From Spirochaetae bacterium HGW-Spirochaetae-3 (GTDB lineage: Bacteria; Spirochaetota; Spirochaetia; Treponematales; UBA12059): a stretch of 64,000 nucleotides of DNA. The translations under genes were made by a program, and so were the position numbers. Location: positions 155,269-219,268 of the forward strand of contig PGXV01000005.1 in assembly GCA_002839315.1 (NCBI GenBank), given 5' to 3'. Position 1 is the stretch's first letter. Every line of letters starts with the position of its first letter. Below are positions 36,285 through 43,455 of this stretch, piece by piece. The notes under the pieces are model-generated. The model had not been told where the DNA came from and searched no databases. It was given only the letters and a program-made list of their open reading frames with translations.

Positions 36285-39200
36285 ATGAATATATACATAA
36301 TAAATATTGATTTTGGAACAGGATATGAACCTATCGAATTCGAGTCAGAGTCATTAGTCAAAAACGAATTTCTATATAGTGAATTACAACCTAAAGATAG
36401 TTCCGTCCAATTTAGTATTTTACCGGATACAACTTTATTTAATAAACTCCGTGGAGCTTCTTATAGCAATGTTCCTGTTCAAATACTTAAAAATAATGAG
36501 CCTTATTTTTATGGCTACATCAAAAAAGATTATACTTTTAGAAAAACTCAATCTCTAGACTCTTTAGGAGTAGAGATAGCAAGCCCTTCCTATTTTCTAA
36601 AAAAGAAGATAGGTAAGGATTTATACTATGTCAACATTACAGTTACTAATCTAATATCAACATTACTCGCTTATGCTGGTGTAACAAGCACAGTGACATT
36701 ACCTTCTATAACATCAACTATTCCGGTATTTAAAAATGCTTATGATGATGATACTACATATCATAAAGTCATAAGTGACTTACTTTTTGAGTATGGATAT
36801 GGATTTAGATTTGATAATGAGGGTAATCTATACTGCTTCGAGCTGTTTCCAACTGAAATACAATCAAGTTATATTTTTGACGGGTCAGTAAACAGGATCG
36901 AAGTAAGGCAGGAAGTTAAAGAAGAAACCTATGAAGGAGTAATAGTAAACTGGACAGGTACTAAAACACTATCAGATGTAACCATATTTAGTGATACTAC
37001 TAATGGTAATAGTATTAATACTTGTAATATAGAAATAGAACCAAATAGCTATTATGAATTTGAAGATGGTGTAACTCAATACTATGCCGAATATGACTAT
37101 ATTGATGGTGGCGCCGAATTATTAGCCGTGGAAAATGTAACTCTGGAAGTTGAAAAAGATAGTGATATCTCTACTGAATTATTTACTCCATATCCATTAA
37201 AAGCTCTGTTAAGCTTAAAGAATAATAATAGTTTACTATCAAAAAATATAACTAAGCTAAACCTAAAAGCTGAAACTGCTATAATTACAGGTGCTACAAA
37301 TGTAAGCAAGGTAATAAAGGTAAGTGATACTGAAGACTTATATACATATGATACAACATATATCCATAGCAAAGATGATGCTGATAACTTAGCTAATGGT
37401 CTAGCATGGTATTATAACTATACTGATTATACATATAAGCTAAGTTCTAAAGTTGATAAACCAATAAATAGTATTGTTACTATCAGTGAAAACGGATTAG
37501 GTGCTAACCTTTGTAGAGTAGTTTCAAAAAAATATAAAGAATATTTAGACATAATAGAATATGAGTTAGAAGCTGTTGCCGAGTATATCCCAGCAGTTGC
37601 CGAGAATACAACAACAGTTACAAGCCCTAGTCCTATATCAAAACCATTAGAGGCAATAATACCATCTATTGTATCAAGCTCCCTGTCAGGTGGAGTAATA
37701 CAAGATGCTGTCTTTGGCTCAAGCTGGACTGCTATTCCTACTGTTCCAATTCTTGGATATGTTCCTTCATTAAAAAATGTAATATTAAAATGGGATAGAC
37801 AAAATGATTTATCTAACTTTAGTGAATATCAAATTCAAGTAAGTAATGACAATACTACATGGTATGCTTTAGGCACAGATAGAACAAGTTATAAATCAGG
37901 TAATGCTGGAGATTACACAGCATTAGCAGTAGAACAGTATATACATACCTTGCCTATTGTTGAAGGTGAAATTGTTAGTTATTATTATCGTATACGACGC
38001 GCAACACGAGAAACAGTATCCGCGTGGTCAAGTGCTATATATGCTTCTACTACACTAATAGACAATGGTGATTTTAGTGCCGATGAAATCTATGCGAATA
38101 TTGTTAATGCTAGTTCTATTAGTGCTGGTATAGCCGCCGTTAATAGCTCAATATCAATAGGAACAGATGGATTTACAAGTGGTAACTATGATTCTAGGCT
38201 AGCTCCTTTGATAGGACAGAGACGACAGTATATAGATAACGATGAAATCACTATCCAAGAATTTATTCAAAATAGTGAAATCGCGCTAAATACCGGAACA
38301 TTTAGCTTTGATGCTAATACTACAAATGTTAGATCATATCAATTGATCGATGATAACACGCTAGTAACTCTTGAAAAGCCTAGTAGCACATATTTACGTT
38401 ATCAAACTAAAAAGGCAGATGGTAGCTTTAGTTCAGACTATTCATATACTTTTACATCCGCTTATATACCTGTCGCTTTTATTATCAAAAATAAAATAGC
38501 ATATGTAATTACCGTTGATATCAGTTGGTTGATGAAAGAGCTTCTAATAATTGACTTAGAAACAGGCACATTACTAAATACTATTGATTTATCTACTACT
38601 GGATACTATTACGAGCAAATAGGAAGCTATGATAATAATTGCTTTACCCTTGATATAAGTGGTAATTATCTATGGCTAGTTACAAGGAAAGGAACAGGCG
38701 GGACTGTTCAACCGCATATAATATTATTTGATTTAGATGGTAATATACTAGTTCAAGATACAATACTTGAGATAGGGCAACAATATATAAAGCTATTTCC
38801 TATTTCAGGAAATAAAGTTATAGCATTAAGTGGATACTGCCAAGTAATCGAATATGATTCTGTGAATATTGCTTTTATTAAGGGAACAACAAAATCAGTA
38901 TCCTATGCTAACTATCCTACATGCTGGACTAAATACGATGAATATACATATCTATTTTTACGGGTATACTCTGAAAGTTCTTCCATGGATAGTGAGTATG
39001 ACTACAGCGTATTAACCATAGATGGTAATGAAATAGCAGTTAGGAAAAATAGAATAAATATAGTAGAACCAGCATTAGGTTATCTATATACTAACTATCC
39101 CTATTGGACTGTAGCAAAGATAAACGACAAGATAATATCTATATGTTCCTGCACGACTCAATCATATGCTAACGTATTTGACTACGATCCAATTACATAT

Positions 39201-39608
39201 ACTGTTACTTTTGATTTTGCTAATACACTAACTAGCTATGCTGGCGCAACTCCTATGGTTCTAATCAAGTCATCATATTTTGACTTACTGAACATTACAA
39301 CTTATATAGCATATCAATATGGTTATTATGGAATATGGAATGATGATTTAGTTATAGGTAGAGGTAGTAGCCAAATAACAGCAGATACTATTACATCAGA
39401 TAGTTTAGCAACAGATACAATTACAGTTAACAATATAGGCATTGAAAGTGACAATGACTTAATCCAATTAGCAGAAAATGAAGTAACTATAAATGGTAAT
39501 ATAACTGTGAATACAGTTTCTACAAACACTTTAAGTGCTACAACTAATTTGCGAATACCAACTTCACAACCATCATCATTAACAGATGGTGATATATGGA
39601 TAGTATAA
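36285..39608 (+). CDS. large tail tip / host-specificity protein
   Basis: 1107 aa directly after the tape measure. Contains a fibronectin-III-like stretch (ILKWDRQNDLSNFSEYQIQVSNDNTTWYALG). Noticeably more AT-rich than the rest of the prophage. Confidence 0.7.
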   Translation: MNIYIINIDFGTGYEPIEFESESLVKNEFLYSELQPKDSSVQFSILPDTTLFNKLRGASYSNVPVQILKNNEPYFYGYIKKDYTFRKTQSLDSLGVEIASPSYFLKKKIGKDLYYVNITVTNLISTLLAYAGVTSTVTLPSITSTIPVFKNAYDDDTTYHKVISDLLFEYGYGFRFDNEGNLYCFELFPTEIQSSYIFDGSVNRIEVRQEVKEETYEGVIVNWTGTKTLSDVTIFSDTTNGNSINTCNIEIEPNSYYEFEDGVTQYYAEYDYIDGGAELLAVENVTLEVEKDSDISTELFTPYPLKALLSLKNNNSLLSKNITKLNLKAETAIITGATNVSKVIKVSDTEDLYTYDTTYIHSKDDADNLANGLAWYYNYTDYTYKLSSKVDKPINSIVTISENGLGANLCRVVSKKYKEYLDIIEYELEAVAEYIPAVAENTTTVTSPSPISKPLEAIIPSIVSSSLSGGVIQDAVFGSSWTAIPTVPILGYVPSLKNVILKWDRQNDLSNFSEYQIQVSNDNTTWYALGTDRTSYKSGNAGDYTALAVEQYIHTLPIVEGEIVSYYYRIRRATRETVSAWSSAIYASTTLIDNGDFSADEIYANIVNASSISAGIAAVNSSISIGTDGFTSGNYDSRLAPLIGQRRQYIDNDEITIQEFIQNSEIALNTGTFSFDANTTNVRSYQLIDDNTLVTLEKPSSTYLRYQTKKADGSFSSDYSYTFTSAYIPVAFIIKNKIAYVITVDISWLMKELLIIDLETGTLLNTIDLSTTGYYYEQIGSYDNNCFTLDISGNYLWLVTRKGTGGTVQPHIILFDLDGNILVQDTILEIGQQYIKLFPISGNKVIALSGYCQVIEYDSVNIAFIKGTTKSVSYANYPTCWTKYDEYTYLFLRVYSESSSMDSEYDYSVLTIDGNEIAVRKNRINIVEPALGYLYTNYPYWTVAKINDKIISICSCTTQSYANVFDYDPITYTVTFDFANTLTSYAGATPMVLIKSSYFDLLNITTYIAYQYGYYGIWNDDLVIGRGSSQITADTITSDSLATDTITVNNIGIESDNDLIQLAENEVTINGNITVNTVSTNTLSATTNLRIPTSQPSSLTDGDIWIV

Positions 39609-39609
39609 T

Positions 39610-40137
39610 ATGGCATTATCAAATGAAAAACTATATTACCGACGATCAGGTATTACCGAATCTGTTAATACTTATACAGCATTATCAGATGTAGGAACCG
39701 AGGCATTAAAAGTAAGAGTAAATGGAGCCGACAGATATATTGCATTAGGAGATGAGACAGATTCTAAAAAGTCTTTTTTGCGTATAAGAAAGAATGGAAT
39801 AATAAAGGCTATACTAAAATCAGTAATAGATTATGTTGGATCATGGACGTTAATAGTAACTACTAACTATAATGCTTATCGATATTGGACTGTCTATTTT
39901 GATTATGACAAAGTGTTTAGTGAAAGTGATATGACCAACTTTAAGTTTGTAGGTAATATGCTCAATACCAAATACAAAATAGATGGTGTCGAATATACTG
40001 CAACAACTACACTTGTTAATGGAATGTATGTAACTGAACGAAAGCATAGATTAACAACTGGTAATCATACTATTGGCTTAACTGCTACATTGGTTTTTAG
40101 CACGTCGTCGTCCGCATCTGCTTACCGTGTAGTATAA
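39610..40137 (+). CDS. hypothetical tail-associated protein
   Basis: 175 aa, start 1 nt after the upstream stop. Same very AT-rich composition as the tail tip gene. Confidence 0.55.
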   Translation: MALSNEKLYYRRSGITESVNTYTALSDVGTEALKVRVNGADRYIALGDETDSKKSFLRIRKNGIIKAILKSVIDYVGSWTLIVTTNYNAYRYWTVYFDYDKVFSESDMTNFKFVGNMLNTKYKIDGVEYTATTTLVNGMYVTERKHRLTTGNHTIGLTATLVFSTSSSASAYRVV

Positions 40138-40168
40138 CTAATATATAGAATGGAGATTTAAAAATAGT

Positions 40169-40459
40169 ATGAATGATAATGACAAGGTCTTAGAGTATAT
40201 ACAAAAAATATTTGATGTAAAATTTGAAGGATTGAATACTCGTCTTGATAGTATAGAGCAAACACTGTCTATAAACCATACGGAACTAAAAGGTAAAGTA
40301 GATGACCATGAAAAAAGACTCACAACCATAGAATCAAAAAATGAAAAGAATGATAAAGATATTTTTATAAATGAATTTAAAAAAGAGGTAATACACTGGT
40401 CTATACCGGCGCTATTTGGATTGATTTTAATTGGTATTAAGTCAAAGCTTGGATCATAA
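40169..40459 (+). CDS. tail-anchored coiled-coil membrane protein, lysis-cassette paralogue A
   Basis: 96 aa. N-terminal helical region (VLEYIQKIFDVKFEGLNTRLD..NH) and a C-terminal TM (IHWSIPALFGLILIGI). Paralogous to 40953-41243. Confidence 0.6.
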   Translation: MNDNDKVLEYIQKIFDVKFEGLNTRLDSIEQTLSINHTELKGKVDDHEKRLTTIESKNEKNDKDIFINEFKKEVIHWSIPALFGLILIGIKSKLGS

Positions 40460-40460
40460 T

Positions 40461-40928
40461 ATGTATCTACAAAACAATCCTGCATTACTACCACAAATAC
40501 AACGAGTAGGCTGTCTTCACTTATCTATGCTTTGTATGATCGAATTATGGGCTGATGTTGAGATCAGTATTGATGATGTAAACACTATCTGGACAATGGC
40601 AAAGCAACGAACATTCCTTCGTAACGATGGCTATATGCGAGACATGGATGGAGTATTGAAGCTGGCGAAACAGGCACTAGGATTTGCAAAACCAATATTT
40701 ACTGTTGGGATTATAGAAGACAGGAAAACGGTGTATTGGGATTGGACAAAAAACTATCCAGAACTACAGCAAACAGCGTATAAGATCGAAACGTTGAAAA
40801 CATTCGGCAAGACTGGAACGCACTTCGTACTGTGCGATAAAGACGGAGAACTGATATTTGACAGCTACTCCTTTAAGCCGTATAGGTTTGAGCATATTGG
40901 GCGCTATCACTTATTCAATCACTACTAA
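40461..40928 (+). CDS. candidate endolysin, papain-like (C39/DUF261-like) cysteine peptidase
   Basis: 155 aa from MYLQNNPALLPQIQRVGCLHLS... The Gln-x5-Cys arrangement at the start of a helix plus a downstream GTHFVLCD His is compatible with clan-CA peptidases. Located in the lysis cassette. Assignment is tentative. Confidence 0.45.
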   Translation: MYLQNNPALLPQIQRVGCLHLSMLCMIELWADVEISIDDVNTIWTMAKQRTFLRNDGYMRDMDGVLKLAKQALGFAKPIFTVGIIEDRKTVYWDWTKNYPELQQTAYKIETLKTFGKTGTHFVLCDKDGELIFDSYSFKPYRFEHIGRYHLFNHY

Positions 40929-40952
40929 TTGAATAACAAGGATGTAAAAATA

Positions 40953-41243
40953 ATGGCTGATAACAATCAAATCTTAGAGCTGATTCAAGAGATATTTAAC
41001 AACAAGTTTGACGCCCTTGATAAGAAGCTAGACTTATTAACCACTGGGTTGGAATCGAATCACAATAAGCTTGAAGTACGAGTCTCGTGTGCAGAGACTG
41101 ATATCGTTAGTCTTAAAAACAGACGAGTTGATGATAAACTGAATGTGAAGAATGAAGTATTAAAAACAATTATACATTGGGGCATTCCGATTGTTATCCT
41201 TGCGATAATTTACTTCATCCAGCAAGGGCAGTTGCATGTATGA
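40953..41243 (+). CDS. tail-anchored coiled-coil membrane protein, lysis-cassette paralogue B
   Basis: 96 aa from MADNNQILELIQEIFNNKFDALDKKLD..NH..; C-terminal IHWGIPIVILAIIYFI. Same length and shared motifs as paralogue A. The ORF-track TTG 40929 is rejected in favour of ATG 40953 (AAGGA RBS). Confidence 0.6.
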   Translation: MADNNQILELIQEIFNNKFDALDKKLDLLTTGLESNHNKLEVRVSCAETDIVSLKNRRVDDKLNVKNEVLKTIIHWGIPIVILAIIYFIQQGQLHV

Positions 41244-41446
41244 TGAACCCTAAATATAAATCACGTCGGTTCTGGATAACGATCTGGGCCATAGCTCTCT
41301 CAACGACGCTTATGCTTACATCGATGTTCGGAGAATTTGATCCATCGTGGTTGTCATCCGCGCTACCGTTGCTGCTCTCAATCATCCTTGCCTATGTCGG
41401 AATCGAGTCATACGGCAGGACTAAGCAATCTCAGAAGCATGAATGA
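41240..41446 (+). CDS. holin-like two-TM protein
   Basis: 68 aa from MMNPKYKSRRFWITIWAIALSTTLMLT...LPLLLSIILAYVGI..KQSQKHE: two hydrophobic helices and a charged C-terminus. The start overlaps the upstream stop. Confidence 0.55.
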   Translation: MMNPKYKSRRFWITIWAIALSTTLMLTSMFGEFDPSWLSSALPLLLSIILAYVGIESYGRTKQSQKHE

Positions 41447-41762
41447 AAAAATATGTGTTTTTGGCGCTGGTCTTATTATCAGCGCTATCATATGCACAAT
41501 CGCAGGATACCTCGTCTTTGTACAACCAAGCATTCAACGAGCTGGACAGCTTAGAACAGAACTCCAATCAGCAAGAGACGTTAATCGACAACTTATTAAA
41601 ATCTCAGAGCAACGAACAGTTGTACTTGAAGAGTGTAGAAGCATTATTACAAGCAGCCGAGGATCAATCGAGAAGCTTAGAAGTATCCTTACAATATTAC
41701 AAGCATCAGACCCGCGTATTCATCGTAGTAGTCAGTATTCTCGCGACAGTCGTAATAGGTGA
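41439..41762 (+). CDS. alternative-frame ORF (frame Y) with i-spanin-like architecture
   Basis: MNEKICVFGAGLIISAIICTIAGYLVFV (N-terminal TM) followed by helical LRTELQSARDVNRQLIKISEQ.. It overlaps frame X almost completely. I cannot decide from sequence whether both are expressed. Confidence 0.3.
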   Translation: MNEKICVFGAGLIISAIICTIAGYLVFVQPSIQRAGQLRTELQSARDVNRQLIKISEQRTVVLEECRSIITSSRGSIEKLRSILTILQASDPRIHRSSQYSRDSRNR

Positions 41763-41787
41763 GTCTGTGCTTATAGGTATACGGTAG
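41443..41787 (+). CDS. secreted coiled-coil protein with C-terminal TM (spanin-position gene, frame X)
   Basis: ATGA overlap with the holin stop. MKKYVFLALVLLSALSYA signal-like N-terminus without Cys, a Gln/Asn/Glu/Leu coiled coil, and a C-terminal TM VFIVVVSILATVVIG. Confidence 0.5.
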   Translation: MKKYVFLALVLLSALSYAQSQDTSSLYNQAFNELDSLEQNSNQQETLIDNLLKSQSNEQLYLKSVEALLQAAEDQSRSLEVSLQYYKHQTRVFIVVVSILATVVIGESVLIGIR

Positions 41788-41788
41788 C

Positions 41789-42043
41789 CTATACCTTCTT
41801 CGAAGGGCGACCCCGCTTTTTTGGAACTACCGCATCTACCGGTACCTTTTTTATACCTCTCGACTTCACTGGCGCAGGGGTATTCACAGGGGTAAGAGTT
41901 GAATCAAGAGTCTGTTGCTCTAATTCCTTGGTGATTGCATCGAGTGTGTCGGCAATATCCTGCTGTAGTTTCTCGTTCCGTACCTGTAGCGAAACGAGCT
42001 TTTTCGTAAGAGCGATAACTGGGTTTACTTTTGGTCGAGCCAT
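41789..42043 (-). CDS. small coiled-coil protein with C-terminal AT-hook (KKRGRPSKK)
   Basis: 84 aa, AAGGAG RBS. N-terminal heptad-like helix (LVSLQVRNEKLQQDIADTLDAITKELEQQ), a Pro/Thr linker, and a terminal R-G-R-P core flanked by Lys. Convergent with the lysis genes, with a 1-nt gap between the stop codons. Confidence 0.65.
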   Translation of the reverse strand: MARPKVNPVIALTKKLVSLQVRNEKLQQDIADTLDAITKELEQQTLDSTLTPVNTPAPVKSRGIKKVPVDAVVPKKRGRPSKKV

Positions 42044-42101
42044 GTTCTCTCCTTATTCTTACATTAAGATAACATGGAATAATCTATATAGCAATTGTTA
42101 G

Positions 42102-42126
42102 AAGCCGCAGAAATGCGGCTTTTTTA
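42102..42126 (+). terminator. rho-independent terminator (plus-strand orientation)
   Basis: 8-bp stem AAGCCGCA / TGCGGCTT with a GAAA tetraloop, followed by a T-run. No U-tract in the minus-strand orientation. Confidence 0.7.
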
Positions 42127-42235
42127 ATTGGGGAAAAGGTAAGAAAAAGTAACAAAACAGTGGCACAGAGAGGCAAAAGCAGCCATAATAACAATATCGG
42201 AAGTGATAAAAAAGAAACATAGAAAGGAGGTCGAA

Positions 42236-42397
42236 ATGCTGAAATTCAGTGATGGAGTAGAGTTCAACACAGACGGAGAACTCAGAATCGAAGAACGGTA
42301 CGATGGGCTGTACGTCGTAGGTAAAGGGATATTAATGCCGATTTCTTCACGAGAAGAAGGGCAGACGTTCATCGATAAGAAGAAGAAACCGGAGTAG
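42236..42397 (+). CDS. small hypothetical protein
   Basis: AAAGGAGG RBS 6 nt before ATG 42236; 53 aa (MLKFSDGVEFNTDGELRIEE..). Confidence 0.5.
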   Translation: MLKFSDGVEFNTDGELRIEERYDGLYVVGKGILMPISSREEGQTFIDKKKKPE

Positions 42398-42445
42398 TTA
42401 ATAGGGGCTTCGGCCCCTTGAGCCTTCAGAAAGGAGGAATAAGAA

Positions 42446-42820
42446 ATGACGGTCAAACAACCCGAAGATGTGTACGAATCCGTTAAGCGTTATAAAGCAA
42501 AAAAGCAAGAACACTTTTTAGTGATGACGCTCGATGGAGCACATCAGCCAATTAAAACCCATGTTGTAAGTATCGGCTTGGTGAATAGAACAATTGTACA
42601 TCCGAGAGAAGTCTTCTACAGAGCCATCAAGGATATGGCAGCTGCTGTCTTGCTTGTGCATAACCATCCATCAGGCCAGGTTCAACCATCACAAGAGGAT
42701 CGTGACATCACTCATCGACTGATTGAAGCGGGTGAATTGCTTGGTATTCCAGTTCTCGATCACCTGATCATTTCAGCGAAGAGCTTTTACAGCTTCACGG
42801 AACATGGAGAGTTGAGGTAG
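42446..42820 (+). CDS. radC: RadC-like JAB/MPN domain protein
   Basis: HNHPSGQVQPSQEDRDIT..L..AGELLGIPVLDHLII is the JAMM-type H-x-H-P-S-G...D motif of the RadC family. 124 aa (stand-alone JAB domain). AAGGAGG RBS. Confidence 0.85.
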   Translation: MTVKQPEDVYESVKRYKAKKQEHFLVMTLDGAHQPIKTHVVSIGLVNRTIVHPREVFYRAIKDMAAAVLLVHNHPSGQVQPSQEDRDITHRLIEAGELLGIPVLDHLIISAKSFYSFTEHGELR

Positions 42821-42863
42821 AGCACTGCGTATGCGGGGCTAATGAAAGAAGAAGGAGATTATT

Positions 42864-43124
42864 ATGGTAAAAGAGATGAAGATTTGTGACTTCTGTGGCA
42901 GGGTTCTCAACGGTGAGCCTAAGTCCGTCACGATTGATGGAGCTGAGTACAAGGACGTATGCATGTCGTGCGTAGGTCGGTTGGACACCTTCGTGAAGCG
43001 GCTAGGCACTCCGTACGTGCCAAAAGCGAAGAAAGAGGGAGTAGAAGTGGTTTCTGAGACCAGTACGCCGCCGCAGGCTGTCGAGGAAGGGAAGGCACCG
43101 CTCTTCGGTAAGTCGAAGAAGTAG
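42864..43124 (+). CDS. zinc-ribbon-like small protein
   Basis: CDFCGRV...CMSCVGR provides two CxxC pairs. 86 aa, Lys-rich tail. GAAGGAG RBS. Confidence 0.6.
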   Translation: MVKEMKICDFCGRVLNGEPKSVTIDGAEYKDVCMSCVGRLDTFVKRLGTPYVPKAKKEGVEVVSETSTPPQAVEEGKAPLFGKSKK

Positions 43125-43144
43125 CTACATTCGTCAGATATTTT

Positions 43145-43170
43145 GAGCGACCTGATGCGGTCGCTCTTCC
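43145..43170 (+). terminator. candidate terminator hairpin
   Basis: Stem GAGCGACC / GGTCGCTC followed by a moderately T-rich TTCCTATGTTT. Confidence 0.45.
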
Positions 43171-43229
43171 TATGTTTGGTGATGCATACAGTATCTTGTA
43201 TTATAATAAAACATACACCGCATAGGTAG

Positions 43230-43259
43230 TTGACAAGAAGGGTGAAAGTATGATACAGT
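43230..43259 (+). promoter_or_regulatory. candidate sigma70-type promoter with extended -10
   Basis: TTGACA (43230-43235), 18-nt spacer, TGaTACAGT (43251-43259). Followed by about 190 nt without a credible ORF. Confidence 0.45.
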
Positions 43260-43455
43260 GCAAATTGGCCGTGCCGGGAATCAGCCGACACAGCCAAATA
43301 CGTTTTGAGGCGTACGAGTTGTTGTTGAACAGCATCAGTTTAGGGTATCTGAGAATTTCTGTCAAGCACATTATAGCATTGCGTGCCATGGCGTACTACT
43401 ACGTACCATAGCTATCACATTGTAATGATGTTCTAGCAGTACTTTCGGAAACTAG

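Noticed and set aside
36285-39608. Checked whether the large tail protein is part of a diversity-generating retroelement, and whether the accessory region carries a retron or recognisable toxin-antitoxin pair.
   Set aside because: No reverse transcriptase gene, template/variable repeat pair, or known TA family motif is visible anywhere in the prophage.
32509-40494. Minus-strand ORFs inside the structural and lysis modules (32509-32877, 33187-33516, 33452-33661, 35424-35795, 37097-37372, 39326-39622, 40138-40494).
   Set aside because: Each is fully antisense to a well-supported plus-strand gene in a tightly packed operon. Their translations are Ser/Ile/Phe-rich, as expected from the antisense of AT-rich coding sequence.
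42839-43389. Minus-strand ORFs 42839-43297 (152 aa) and 43201-43389 (62 aa).
   Set aside because: They are antisense to the SD-equipped zinc-ribbon gene and run through a terminator and a promoter. They have no SD and odd composition, so they are judged spurious.
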